A stretch of 64,000 bases of DNA, taken from NCBI GenBank assembly GCA_965267575.1, contig OZ254086.1, positions 2,144,001-2,208,000 on the forward strand. The letters run 5' to 3'. Both the position numbers and the translations under genes were made by a program. Source of the DNA: Calditrichales bacterium (GTDB lineage Bacteria > Calditrichota > Calditrichia > Calditrichales > J004). Position 1 is the stretch's first letter. Every line of letters starts with the position of its first letter. This document shows positions 28,228-38,567 of this stretch, piece by piece. The notes beneath the pieces are model-generated. The model had not been told where the DNA came from. It was given only the letters and a program-made list of their open reading frames with translations, and made no database searches.

Positions 28228-29100
28228 ATGCAGGAAAAAATTAACACCTTTTTACAGGAAATTAAAAACTCCGTTGACAGAGAAATTGACGATGCTCTGA
28301 ATAATCAAAATAACTTAATCGACGGATTATATAAATCCGCAACCTACAGTGCCGGCGGCGGCAAACGCGTTCGTGCTGTATACACGCACCTGGTTGGAAA
28401 ACTGTTTGAAGTCGAAGAAGAAAAAGTGCATCGTACGGCCTGTGCCGTAGAGATGATTCATGCCGCTTCGTTGATCATGGACGACCTTCCTTACATGGAT
28501 GATTCGCAGTTGCGCCGCGGCAAGCCTGCCAACCACGTGGTGTTTGGCCAGGACGTGGCTTTGTGCGCCAGCATCGCTTTGCTTGGCAAAGCCAACGAGT
28601 TGATCCTTGCTGACGAGAGCCTGGGTGAGAAAGAGCGCATTGAAGTAACGCGCATTTTAAATCAGTCCTACGGCTTTGACGGCCTTGCTGCCGGCCAGTT
28701 CGTCGATCTTAAGCTGAAACGCAAAAATGTGGATTTTTCGATCATAGAGTTTATCAACTCCAAAAAGACGGCGGCTCTGTTCACGGCGGCAGGTAAAGCG
28801 GCGGCTGTTCTGGGCAAGGCCAATCAAAAGCAGATGGAAGCGATCACCACTTTTTCGGACAACATCGGATTCGCTTTTCAGATTATAGACGACTTGCTGG
28901 ATGTTTCCGGCGATAAAAATGTTATCGGAAAAGACGTGGCCCAGGACAAAATGAATTTTGTAAAGCTTGTTGGCGAACAGCAGGCTCAGGAATATGCCGG
29001 GAAATACACTAAGAAGGCCCTCGACGCGCTGGATGTCTTTGGGAAAAAAGCCGACGAGCTACGCGGTTTCAGCAACTATCTGATGAACCGCGTTAGCTGA
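28228..29100 (+). CDS. Short-chain trans-prenyl diphosphate synthase, probably GGPP synthase (CrtE-like)
   Basis: GGKRVR, HAASLIMDDLPYMD (FARM with small residues at -5/-4), RRG, GQ..DL, KT, FQIIDDLLD (SARM), GKD. Confidence 0.9.
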   Translation: MQEKINTFLQEIKNSVDREIDDALNNQNNLIDGLYKSATYSAGGGKRVRAVYTHLVGKLFEVEEEKVHRTACAVEMIHAASLIMDDLPYMDDSQLRRGKPANHVVFGQDVALCASIALLGKANELILADESLGEKERIEVTRILNQSYGFDGLAAGQFVDLKLKRKNVDFSIIEFINSKKTAALFTAAGKAAAVLGKANQKQMEAITTFSDNIGFAFQIIDDLLDVSGDKNVIGKDVAQDKMNFVKLVGEQQAQEYAGKYTKKALDALDVFGKKADELRGFSNYLMNRVS

Positions 29101-29119
29101 TGAGAGCGTATTAATTTAT

Positions 29120-30493
29120 ATGAAATTTTTTCGGGCGATCCCCGCGCTCCTCATCTGTTTTGTTGCCTCTCTTTCCGCCCAAACACCGTTTCTGCTAAAA
29201 ACCGATGATTTTGAAAAAGAACGGGCCTGGTGGGATTATCACCGGGACGGCACCGTGGCCGATGACCCGGGCGCTTTCACCAGCGGTAACGGCTATTTAA
29301 AAATGGTGCTGAACGATCCGGTGGGCGATCGCGAATGTAACGTCGGTATTTCCGAGCGCCAGCCGGTTTACGGCAAAGAGTATCGACGTCTCGTCTCCGA
29401 GACGAGAGCACGCGTGTTGAACCCGATGAAAGGGGGCAGCCGCGGTTGGGGTTTCTGGAAAACGGCCAAGCAGGGCAAGGCCGATAACATAGTCTGGTTT
29501 ATGCAGCAGCTACTGCAGGGTAACGAGCGCGCCAGTTGGAGCCGCTTTGGTGCCATCTATCATCAAAAAGCGGATTTTATCGACTGGCAGCCCGATGAAC
29601 AATGGCACATTTATAAAATAGTGCGCGATCGTGATCGTGGCGTTTGCGAGTTTTGGGTAGACAGGCAGCTTGTCTACGAAGCGCGCCTGGCACCTGCCGG
29701 AGATATGGCTTATCACGCCTGGGTGGATAACCAGATTTACGATCGCAGTGTCGGGATAAGACGTGCGGCCTGGCCCGGCAGCAGTACACTGATCCTGGAT
29801 TATGTACAGATTTATGAGGGCAATAGTCCTAAAATAGTTCGTCCGGTAGCAGGCAGCATTCGCTATTTTGGCCAGCTTAACCGCTTTTTAAATGAACAAA
29901 ACTCCTTTGAATTAAATCTGACGGATTTGTCCGGGGAAACGGTTGTGCTTGCCTCGGCACGTGCGGAAGACCTGGATGCCTATGACCAGGCCGATGCGTT
30001 ATCCTTTAAAGGATTTGATTTGACATGGCATGGTCAAAAAGAAAAGGGCACGCCGGCAAATAAAATGGTTTCCTTTGAACAAAAAAGCATTCGGCTGCAG
30101 ACACAAATAACCGGAGCGCCTTACCTTTCTAATCTTTGCGTGCTTACCGGCGGTCGGACTATTTTGAATATGACGGACGTCGTTTTGGATAAGAGCAATC
30201 AAAAGGAAATTGAATTTGACGCTGATGGGCCCGTGGTGCTTTACGTTTCGGCGACGCTGGATGAAAGTTCCGGCTGGAACCACGTGCAGACTTTTACGGC
30301 AGGGCAGGACAAGCTGGCTCTGCGCCTTGACGGCAAAGAGCTTGGCGCGGAATTGGACGGCAATGTCCTTTTTGGGGATAATGGTGTTTTGCTGCAAAGG
30401 TTAAATCTCAACAAGGGCAGGCACAGGCTGGCGTTAAAGGCGGAAGGTTCCCCATCCGTTAAACGCGTGCTTATTTACGGCGAAAGCGATTGA
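29120..30493 (+). CDS. Secreted ConA/GH16-fold-like protein, paralog of 31540..33774 without CTD
   Basis: Signal peptide (…SLSA-QT); DDF, GSRGWGFW, WHIYKI, FWVD, LILDYVQIY pattern. Confidence 0.55.
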   Translation: MKFFRAIPALLICFVASLSAQTPFLLKTDDFEKERAWWDYHRDGTVADDPGAFTSGNGYLKMVLNDPVGDRECNVGISERQPVYGKEYRRLVSETRARVLNPMKGGSRGWGFWKTAKQGKADNIVWFMQQLLQGNERASWSRFGAIYHQKADFIDWQPDEQWHIYKIVRDRDRGVCEFWVDRQLVYEARLAPAGDMAYHAWVDNQIYDRSVGIRRAAWPGSSTLILDYVQIYEGNSPKIVRPVAGSIRYFGQLNRFLNEQNSFELNLTDLSGETVVLASARAEDLDAYDQADALSFKGFDLTWHGQKEKGTPANKMVSFEQKSIRLQTQITGAPYLSNLCVLTGGRTILNMTDVVLDKSNQKEIEFDADGPVVLYVSATLDESSGWNHVQTFTAGQDKLALRLDGKELGAELDGNVLFGDNGVLLQRLNLNKGRHRLALKAEGSPSVKRVLIYGESD

Positions 30494-30500
30494 GTTATAA

Positions 30501-31543
30501 ATGATTACTTTTGTTAACAGATATCTGGGCTGGCGTAACTGGGCCGTTGTCCGCTACAACAGTATTTTCGAGAATCTGTTTGTTATCTTCTATATTGCTT
30601 TGCACCTGCAGGATTTCAGCAACGCTTTTCTGACGGATATCTTTTTGTTTCTTCTGTTCAGTGTGTTTTCCACCACCTATGGCTACCTGATAAACGACTA
30701 CGCCGATATGGAGCTGGATAAAGCGCATGGCAAGCCCAATACATTCAGTGCAGACTCTTCTTCCAAAGCGCTGATTATATGCTTGCTTTTCCTGGTGCTT
30801 TCGGTTTTCTTCGGATTGCCTTTTAGCGATAACGCGGCGTTTGCCTTGCTATGGCTGGCCTGGATTGTTATAAGCACCTTTTACAGCCTGCCCCCGATGC
30901 GCCTGAAGGAGCGGGGGCTGACCGGGATCGTTTTTGTTATCGCAGCGCAGCGTGTTATCCCCATTTTTCTGGTTTTGCTGCTTTCAATTTTCCCGTCGGT
31001 GGGGAACTGCTGCTACTGGCTATTTATGTGCTGATGCGCGGGGCCTCGTCGGATATCAATCATCAGTTGGAAGATCTGAATAATGATATAAAAACGGGTA
31101 CGCGCACGTTTGCCGTGTCCGCCGGCGCAAACAGGACAGCTCATGCGCTGAAGTTTACGCTATCAGCGGAGCGTTGGCTTCTTGCCATATTGTTGGGTTT
31201 GTTTTTGGTCAGGCTTACTTTTCTTGATATAATACCTGCAGCGCTGTTGTATCTTACGGCCGCGCTCTATTTTTGGATGCTTGTAAGGGCTTTAATTTTA
31301 CGCTTCGGAGAGCAAAATGTTGACACAAACCCCTTTCGGCCGGGTGCTTCAAATATATTTCAGTTTCTGCATCATAGCTTTCCAAGTGTGATTTTAGCCG
31401 CAAGTTTCAACATAATACTGGTATATTATAATTGGCGCTATGTATTACTGTTTGCTGTAATCGCTATGCTCAGAGGTTTGTTTAACCCATCAACTATTAA
31501 GAACAGTTTTGTTTATAAAGAGATAAAAGGATTTTTTACTTGA
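30501..31543 (+). pseudogene. UbiA-family prenyltransferase split by a 1-nt frameshift at ~30973-30976 (possible sequencing error)
   Basis: ORF 30501..31034 has INDYADMELD and YSLPP.RLK; ORF 30851..31543 has HQLEDLNNDIKTGTRT. Adding one T to the T4 run (GTT TTT GCT) gives one ~347-aa protein. Confidence 0.8.
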
Positions 31544-33774
31544 TACGATTTATACGTCTTTTCCACTTTGCAATTTTGCTTTTCATTTTTACGCAGGTTG
31601 GTGCGCAAACCTATCTTATCCCCGATTTGCAGCGTGATGATTTTAAGGACAGCAAAAGCTGGTGGGCCTATCGTGAAGACGGCCAGCAAGCCGCACCAAC
31701 TACGCACAATGGTTATATGCTGCTTCAACTGGTTGATCCACTTGTACCGCCCGGTAGCCCTGCGCCGGGACGTACACAGGGTTCGCGTCCTGCCAATATG
31801 GAAAATACGGGAATTGCCACCGCCGAGACACGGGATATTTATGATAAAAACAATGTTTTGCATGCCATTATGCGTGTTAAAACTCTGAATCCTTCCTATG
31901 AAGGCTCCCGTGGATGGGGTTTCTGGGCAGCCGAGTGGATTCCGGTTACCACGAATCAGGCCGCATGGTTTATGGAGCAAAAAGCGCTTCCGGATTGCAC
32001 CTGGTCCGCGGAAGAAACATGGTGGCGCGCGCGCATACACCGAACTGTTGATACAGACTTCGATTTTTCCGTCGAACTTGACGGCAGCAGCGGATCGCCT
32101 TTTAACTATGACATCGAACAATGGCATACATACGAGGTCATTCGCGACGGCATTGCCGATCAATATATCCAGATCGTAGACGGGGATACTATCCAGGTTG
32201 TAACGCCCGCCGACTTTCCGGACGGAAAAATCTTAAATGAAGATTACAGCTTTCACCTTTGGGATGACAACCTGGTATATCGCTCCACAGTAAACGCTGT
32301 CAGCGGTCTTGACACCGTTGAGGTTTTTGGCAATCGCTGGGTGGGATCCAGTGAAATGGTAGTCGATTTTGTAGAGATCCGCAGCGGCTACTATGATCCT
32401 TCTTATTCGGTTACGCCCATTGGAAACATCCTGCTGCGCGAAGTTATTAACGAAATTGACGACGGTATAAGTGATGGCCCGTTCAAAGGCCCATATACAT
32501 TTAATGCGCAAAACGGCAGGGTGATTATTCTGGCAACCGCAAAGGCTGAAGATCTTGGTATCCACGATGATGACGATGATCTGAAGATGATACTGTCGGA
32601 CGGAACAAATTCCACGGATTTCGGCTATGACACGCCGCAAAGCTGGAATGGTCTTGGATTGGCGGGCGCTGTAAAAACCGTATTGATCGATACCATTCTA
32701 AGCAGTGATTCTTATACGCTTTCTTTTGAAAGTGAAGTTACCCCCATACTTTACGACGCTACCGTCCTGGGCAGTCCTGACGGCGCGATTGTTTTAAACC
32801 AGACCGTGGATGAAAGCGCGCCTGACGGCAGCAACAATCTGGAATGGAAAAGCTATAATTTTAGCACAGACCCGGGAGAGATTGTAGTTTACATCAGCGG
32901 GAGCGCCGATGAAGAGCCGGGCTGGAATCATCTTAATGCCACAATTGACAGTACCGACGATGATGAATTACGTGTGGAGCTCAACGGTTACAATTTCGGG
33001 TGGGGCTCGGACAGTGCTTCCTTTGTAGGCAATACACTGTTCGGCGATAATAAGACACTTTGCTTCCGCGCAACGGTTGGTGGCGGAGAACAAACACTAA
33101 AACTTTTTACGCGCGAATCACCATTTGTACACAAAGTAATCGTTTTTGCGGAGAATGGTGATTATTCATTGCCCGTGTCTCTTACATCGCTTTCTGCTCA
33201 GCAAATGGATGGTTTTAACCGGATATCATGGATTGTGCAGTCGGAATTGAATAATGCAGGTTTTCATATTTATCGCGCTATAACGCAAGCGAATACGGCA
33301 CCCACCCGAGACGCCTACCGGAGAATTACGCAAAGCATCATCAGCGGACGTGGAAACGCTTCTTCGGCAAAGGAATATTTTTTTGACGACCATGCGCAGC
33401 CGGACTGCGGGTATAGCTGGTATATTGTTGAAGACATTTCCACAAGCGGCTCTAAGACAGAACACGGACCCGTTTCCATCTCGGTAGCATCGCCATTGGG
33501 TTATGATTTGAAGCAGAATTATCCAAATCCCTTTAACCCGGAAACGACTTTTGGCTTTGGCCTACCGGTGGAAGAAAAAGTTACGATTGAAATTTTTGAT
33601 GTGAATGGACGGCTGGTTGACATCGCGCTAAGCAAAAAAATGCCCGCCGGCAAACATACAATTTTATGGAAGGCAAATTCGGCCAACGGACGGCCATTAT
33701 CCAGTGGTGTTTATTACTATCGTCTGCGTACACTGAATTTCTCTACCATGAAAAAAATGGTTCTTATACGCTAA
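31540..33774 (+). CDS. Secreted ConA/GH16-fold-like protein with T9SS-type-A/FlgD-like C-terminal domain
   Basis: Signal peptide; GSRGWGFW, WHTYEV, VVDFVEI; LPVSL linker, W..QSE.NN.GF domain, LKQNYPNPFNPET…SSGVYYYRL…KMVLIR. Confidence 0.75.
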   Translation: MIRFIRLFHFAILLFIFTQVGAQTYLIPDLQRDDFKDSKSWWAYREDGQQAAPTTHNGYMLLQLVDPLVPPGSPAPGRTQGSRPANMENTGIATAETRDIYDKNNVLHAIMRVKTLNPSYEGSRGWGFWAAEWIPVTTNQAAWFMEQKALPDCTWSAEETWWRARIHRTVDTDFDFSVELDGSSGSPFNYDIEQWHTYEVIRDGIADQYIQIVDGDTIQVVTPADFPDGKILNEDYSFHLWDDNLVYRSTVNAVSGLDTVEVFGNRWVGSSEMVVDFVEIRSGYYDPSYSVTPIGNILLREVINEIDDGISDGPFKGPYTFNAQNGRVIILATAKAEDLGIHDDDDDLKMILSDGTNSTDFGYDTPQSWNGLGLAGAVKTVLIDTILSSDSYTLSFESEVTPILYDATVLGSPDGAIVLNQTVDESAPDGSNNLEWKSYNFSTDPGEIVVYISGSADEEPGWNHLNATIDSTDDDELRVELNGYNFGWGSDSASFVGNTLFGDNKTLCFRATVGGGEQTLKLFTRESPFVHKVIVFAENGDYSLPVSLTSLSAQQMDGFNRISWIVQSELNNAGFHIYRAITQANTAPTRDAYRRITQSIISGRGNASSAKEYFFDDHAQPDCGYSWYIVEDISTSGSKTEHGPVSISVASPLGYDLKQNYPNPFNPETTFGFGLPVEEKVTIEIFDVNGRLVDIALSKKMPAGKHTILWKANSANGRPLSSGVYYYRLRTLNFSTMKKMVLIR

Positions 33775-33790
33775 AAAGACGATTTCCAAA

Positions 33791-34723
33791 GTGAGTTTAT
33801 ACGCACCTTTCGAGTGGTTCTATTTTGATCTGCATAGCGACGATGGTCTGGACCTCGTCTGTACCGTGCATCCGCATCCTTTCAACTCCGTTTTTAATAT
33901 TGCCCTTTGCGATATATACATTTACCGCGGGCAGGATACGATCCTCCATCATTTTTATGTAATTCCGCCACCGGAAAATATGAGTCCCGGTCCCGGATAT
34001 GATTTGATGCTCAATGACAACAACTACATTCAATATAAAAATGATTGTATCCGTGTCCGCTTACAAGATGACCGGCTAAACCTTCAGCTTGACCTGAATA
34101 AAGCTATCGAAGCGAAGTCGTTGCAGCGACACCCGCTCATCGATAATGTAGATTCTCATTCTTTTGATTGGATTGTCGCGGAAGGACGCACCCAGGCCAA
34201 CGCAGATATAACATTTGAAAACCGGCAATGGAATCTGAGCGGAGCCGGTTACCATGACTATAATTCCGGTAATATTAACCTTAAAAGTTCGTTGAAATAC
34301 TGGCTTTGGGCCAAGTTATATACGAAGGACGGCCTGCTGGTCGTCGGGAATATCGTCGATATCGAACATAACAACTGCAATATCTCGTTTATGCAGCACG
34401 GAGATAATCTGGTATTTGACGATCTTGTTGAGATTAGTGACCGGGGCAGTGAGGTTGTATATAAGGCCTTTAACAAAACGTTTACATTTAAACATATCCA
34501 AAAAGCGTTGGTTGATGAGGCCAATTTTTTCATGAACCCAAAAGACTATGCTTATTATTACACGGCAGGCCGGGAAGTAATATCCGGCCTTGTGCGTAGC
34601 CAAAAAAAGCTGAATTTTCTAAAGCGGCTTGTTAACAATACACACTACCGGCGCTTGAGGATCAGCTGTGAGGATGCAGCCGGTAATCCCGTAACGGGTT
34701 TTATGGAAGAGATGTATTTTTGA
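33791..34723 (+). CDS. CrtC/AttH/tocopherol-cyclase-like double beta-barrel protein
   Basis: N-terminal FEWFYFD, G.GYHDYN.G, W.WA motifs typical of hydroxyneurosporene synthase/lipocalin-like cyclases. Confidence 0.6.
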   Translation: MSLYAPFEWFYFDLHSDDGLDLVCTVHPHPFNSVFNIALCDIYIYRGQDTILHHFYVIPPPENMSPGPGYDLMLNDNNYIQYKNDCIRVRLQDDRLNLQLDLNKAIEAKSLQRHPLIDNVDSHSFDWIVAEGRTQANADITFENRQWNLSGAGYHDYNSGNINLKSSLKYWLWAKLYTKDGLLVVGNIVDIEHNNCNISFMQHGDNLVFDDLVEISDRGSEVVYKAFNKTFTFKHIQKALVDEANFFMNPKDYAYYYTAGREVISGLVRSQKKLNFLKRLVNNTHYRRLRISCEDAAGNPVTGFMEEMYF

Positions 34724-37287
34724 TGACTGAATCCTACCTTCTTGAAGTAGATAAAAAAACAACACTTGAGACGGCAGGGGCAAAGGCCTATAATCTGGGA
34801 CGCTTAATCCGCTATAAATACAACGTTCCGTCCACACTTGTTTTATCGGTTGAGGCTTTCCGGACCTTTTTCAGGTATAATCGCCTGGATGACCTGTGGG
34901 TGGCGCTTAAGCGAACGGTTGCCGGCAATAAACCGCCTTCGCAGGTGGTGGAAGCCGCGGCCGCTTTAAGAAGAGCGGTAATAATGGGGGAAATTCCGGA
35001 AGATATTCACGGCCAGATTGCAGAAGCGGCGAACAGACACCACTGGCTTCACAGTTCCAAAGCGGCGGTACGTTCTTCAGCGATTAATGAAGATCTTGTT
35101 CAACACTCTTTTGCCGGGCAATATAGCTCTTATCTGAACGTGGAAACGGACAGCAGCTCGCTTGTACATGCCATCAAAGGTGTCTGGGCTTCGCAGTGGA
35201 GTGAAACGCTGGTAATTTATTGCCGCAAAAACGATCTGGATATACCCGGTCCTGAAATTGCGGTGATCATTCAGCAAATGGTAGATGCCGAAATCGCCGG
35301 TGTGCTGTTTTCGCGCAATCCCTATAATCTTAATGCCAATGAGATCATTGTAGAATATGTAAGCGGTCTGGGCGATGCCCTCGTTAGCGGGGAAAAGACC
35401 CCCACACACCTGGTTTATCAGCGGCGGCAGGCCAATTTTAAAAACGCCGATAAAACACTTACCCGCAGCAAAGAGACACCGCTGCGCCTGCTTATTGCCC
35501 AGGCTTTGCACCTTGAGAAAAAGACCGGGCTCAATGTAGACCTAGAATGGGCGCTCGCCGATAAACAAATCTACATATTGCAAATGCGGCCCATTACAAC
35601 AATGGGTCAGGGCATTTTGTGGACCGATGAAAACGTCGGCGAGGTTATCCCGGATATTGTAACACCGTATTCGTGGAGTATCCTTAATCCGATCACCAAT
35701 AACGCCTTCCGCAATTATCTTAGTCATGCCGGTATTGAAAATTATCCCCCCGGCGGGCTGTTTGGGCTTTTTAACGGGAAGGTCTATTTCAACAGAAGCG
35801 CGTTTCAGGAGACACTGGATTATTTCTATCCAAGCAGTTATTTGCGCAAACTCAGCGAAGAAGGTGCATCACGCGCTAAGAAGATTCGCCGCCTATTGCT
35901 GTTTCCGCTACAGATTGCAAAAGCCCTGCTGCGTTTTTACGGGTTTTCGCAAAAGCTACCCGCCCGGATTAATGCATTCTACAAAAACCATAAAGACTTA
36001 CTGGCAAAGTGCGGCTATAAAAAAGACCAAACTGTCGGCCATGCTTTGCGTTCCGCGCGTTCGATTGTACAAAGCCATGAGCAGACGATGTTCCTGCATA
36101 TCAGCGACACTATTTTTGCGGAGCTTTTTTATCAGGTACTGCGCAAGTTAGGCGCACGCTGGCTTCCGGCGGAATACTCCGTTGACAGATTGCTTAGCGG
36201 ACTGGATGGGGCCGAGAGTGTCAAGAGCGGTGAGGCACTGTGGGAAATCGCTCAAAAGGTGCGCGGAGAGCAAAAACTAGAAGAGGTCTTTGCCAAAAGC
36301 ACCGTGCCGGAAATCGAAGTGTTGATAAAACAGCCTGAATTTAAAGAGATACGCCGCGATATCGGTGCCTTTATTCGCGATTACGGTCATGGAGCGCTGC
36401 ATGAGTTTGAGCTGCTTTTTCCGCGCTGGTGGGAAGACCGCGCTTACATTTACACCAACATTAACAACTACCTGGAAAACCCTTCTTTCGATTTGCCAAA
36501 GCATAAGGCGGAATTGCGTCGCCGGCGCGAAGAACTTTATGAGCAGGCGCTAAAAAAACTGTCATTTTTAAAGCGTATGTTTTTTAAATTCCTGTATCGC
36601 AAGGCGGTATTTTTTAGCACCCATCGCGAAAATCTCAAGCAGCGTTTTTTGATGGCTCACAGCCTGCTAAAAAAGCATCTGTTGCACATTGGAAGGCATT
36701 TAAAACACAAAGCCGTTTTTGCCGCCGGCAAGGATATCTTTTTTGTGGAGCATGAAGAAATCCCGGCTTTACTGAATGATGAAAACTTTGCAATGAACAT
36801 AATGCCGGAAATTGAAAAACGCCGTAAGCGCCGTTCGGAAAATAAGAAAAGCAGGCACCCGCGACGGCTGATGCAAATCGGGGAAACCTGGAAACCGCTT
36901 TATGACGAGTCGGAAGAGACATCCGCGGACATGAACGGTATCGGCTGTAGCAGCGGCCTGGTGGAAGGCCCTGTTCGGGTGATCGAGGATGAAAGTATGT
37001 TTGTCCATTTGCAAAAAGGTGAAATCCTGGTTGCCAAATCTACAAACCCGGGCTGGACACCGTTGTTTGTAAGCGCGGCCGGCGTCATTACGGAAATCGG
37101 CGGGGCGCTGTCACACGGGGCTATCATCGCGCGTGAATACGGCTTGCCGATGGTAGCGGCGGTAAACAATGCCACGCGTCAGCTTAAGACAGGCGATATT
37201 ATCCGCCTTAATGGCGACAGCGGGCATATCACAATTTTAAAGGCACAAACGGAAAGTAATGGCCAGAATTCTGCTGATACCCAGTGA
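34723..37287 (+). CDS. PEP-utilizer/dikinase of rifampin-phosphotransferase architecture (ATP-grasp, substrate domain, His-swivel)
   Basis: GAKA.NL, AVRSSA..ED..SFAGQY, QQMV, EWA, LQMRPIT, then a middle domain, then C-terminal GGALSHGAIIAREYGLP; no pyruvate/PEP barrel. Confidence 0.85.
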   Translation: MTESYLLEVDKKTTLETAGAKAYNLGRLIRYKYNVPSTLVLSVEAFRTFFRYNRLDDLWVALKRTVAGNKPPSQVVEAAAALRRAVIMGEIPEDIHGQIAEAANRHHWLHSSKAAVRSSAINEDLVQHSFAGQYSSYLNVETDSSSLVHAIKGVWASQWSETLVIYCRKNDLDIPGPEIAVIIQQMVDAEIAGVLFSRNPYNLNANEIIVEYVSGLGDALVSGEKTPTHLVYQRRQANFKNADKTLTRSKETPLRLLIAQALHLEKKTGLNVDLEWALADKQIYILQMRPITTMGQGILWTDENVGEVIPDIVTPYSWSILNPITNNAFRNYLSHAGIENYPPGGLFGLFNGKVYFNRSAFQETLDYFYPSSYLRKLSEEGASRAKKIRRLLLFPLQIAKALLRFYGFSQKLPARINAFYKNHKDLLAKCGYKKDQTVGHALRSARSIVQSHEQTMFLHISDTIFAELFYQVLRKLGARWLPAEYSVDRLLSGLDGAESVKSGEALWEIAQKVRGEQKLEEVFAKSTVPEIEVLIKQPEFKEIRRDIGAFIRDYGHGALHEFELLFPRWWEDRAYIYTNINNYLENPSFDLPKHKAELRRRREELYEQALKKLSFLKRMFFKFLYRKAVFFSTHRENLKQRFLMAHSLLKKHLLHIGRHLKHKAVFAAGKDIFFVEHEEIPALLNDENFAMNIMPEIEKRRKRRSENKKSRHPRRLMQIGETWKPLYDESEETSADMNGIGCSSGLVEGPVRVIEDESMFVHLQKGEILVAKSTNPGWTPLFVSAAGVITEIGGALSHGAIIAREYGLPMVAAVNNATRQLKTGDIIRLNGDSGHITILKAQTESNGQNSADTQ

Positions 37288-38566
37288 CCACGGTGGCGGC
37301 ATGGGACATGTGTCGCGCTGCACCTACCTGGCGGAATTGTTCAGAAAACAGGGGCATGGGGCCGCAGTGGTACTGGAACAAAAACACTTCAAGCAGTTCG
37401 CAAAAAACGACGGTAATTTTTTTCTGCTGAAAACAGCGGCGGAAAGATTTGTAAAATACCAGATGAAGCGTCCGCGTAAACCATCGGTTAGGCTAAAAAG
37501 TCGCGTACTGAAGCGGCCCGTTTTTGTGGAGTTCAGCGGTCTGGCCTACCAGGTGCCGCGCGACGCTTACGTCAGTACGAAAATTGTACGCTACCGCCTG
37601 CACAATCTGTTAAAAAGTATTGATACCTATAAACCCGATTTGCTGGTGGGTGACGGGCATTTTCTTAGCTGGCTGGCCGGTCGCTCTCGTTCTTTGCCCG
37701 TGTCACAGATAACGCGGCTTGCCGGTTTTCCGCCGCAGCCGGATTTTTTGTGGTGGGACGGCAAGGCAGCCGATTTGAAACAGCCCGATGCTTTGGCGCC
37801 TTTCGTGCCTTTACTGGAGCATATGAAGCTGGATGCCGAGGTTGCCAAGATAGAAGATCTGCTGCAGGGTGATCGCTACATCATTCCTGCTATATCCGAA
37901 GTAGAGCCGGTTGCTCAAAAGGATAACGTTATTTTCAGCGGACCTCTGGCCGATACTGCCAATGGCACAAATGCCGATTATTTCCCGGAAGATTTGCACT
38001 ATCCTAAAATTTACGTAACCATTGGCGGCGGGGCCGGGCGCAGCAATGAAAAGCGCTTTTTTGACGCGCTGGTTCAGACCTTCAAAGATCAGGAGTATCA
38101 GCTTGTGGTCTCCACAGGCCGGCGCGTGGCGGCTTCGTCATACAGGAAGAAAGCGCATAATATCCTGTTTGAAGATTGGGTCAGCGGGCGAGACGCCATT
38201 CGTCAGAGCGACCTCGTGATTTTTCACGGTGGCTACGGAACCATGCTGGAAATTCTGGATGCCGCGCGGCCGGCGGTGGTGCTGCCTTCGCATACGGAAC
38301 AGCAGGGCAATGGCAAACGCCTGGAGCAACTTGCCGTTGGCCGGCAACTGGATTTGGCCGTGCAAAGGGACAAAATGTGTTTTAACTGGCCTTATGGCGA
38401 TTACGAAATGGGCGCGCGTTTTGATTTCTCTTTCCCCGGCGAAGAACTGCTGCAAACTGTGCATGACCTGATCTACGGGGATACATTCGACAAGGCGCAA
38501 AAGCTATCGCAAAAATTAAAAGAAGCCCGCGAAAATTTTAACGTAAACGCACTTTTGGACATCTGA
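37259..38566 (+). CDS. GT-B glycosyltransferase, GT1/GT28 (MGT/UGT-like) type
   Basis: GGMGHVSR, YVTIG, DWV, HGGYGT..E, P.HTEQ..N. Confidence 0.8.
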   Translation: MARILLIPSDHGGGMGHVSRCTYLAELFRKQGHGAAVVLEQKHFKQFAKNDGNFFLLKTAAERFVKYQMKRPRKPSVRLKSRVLKRPVFVEFSGLAYQVPRDAYVSTKIVRYRLHNLLKSIDTYKPDLLVGDGHFLSWLAGRSRSLPVSQITRLAGFPPQPDFLWWDGKAADLKQPDALAPFVPLLEHMKLDAEVAKIEDLLQGDRYIIPAISEVEPVAQKDNVIFSGPLADTANGTNADYFPEDLHYPKIYVTIGGGAGRSNEKRFFDALVQTFKDQEYQLVVSTGRRVAASSYRKKAHNILFEDWVSGRDAIRQSDLVIFHGGYGTMLEILDAARPAVVLPSHTEQQGNGKRLEQLAVGRQLDLAVQRDKMCFNWPYGDYEMGARFDFSFPGEELLQTVHDLIYGDTFDKAQKLSQKLKEARENFNVNALLDI

Positions 38567-38567
38567 C

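Noticed and set aside
28228-34723. Carotenoid biosynthesis cluster (crtE + crtC-like)
   Set aside because: No phytoene synthase or desaturase is recognisable in the window.
34723-37287. Rifampin resistance gene or PEP synthase
   Set aside because: It has no PEP/pyruvate barrel, and its operon context is biosynthetic. Architecture alone does not imply rifampin specificity.
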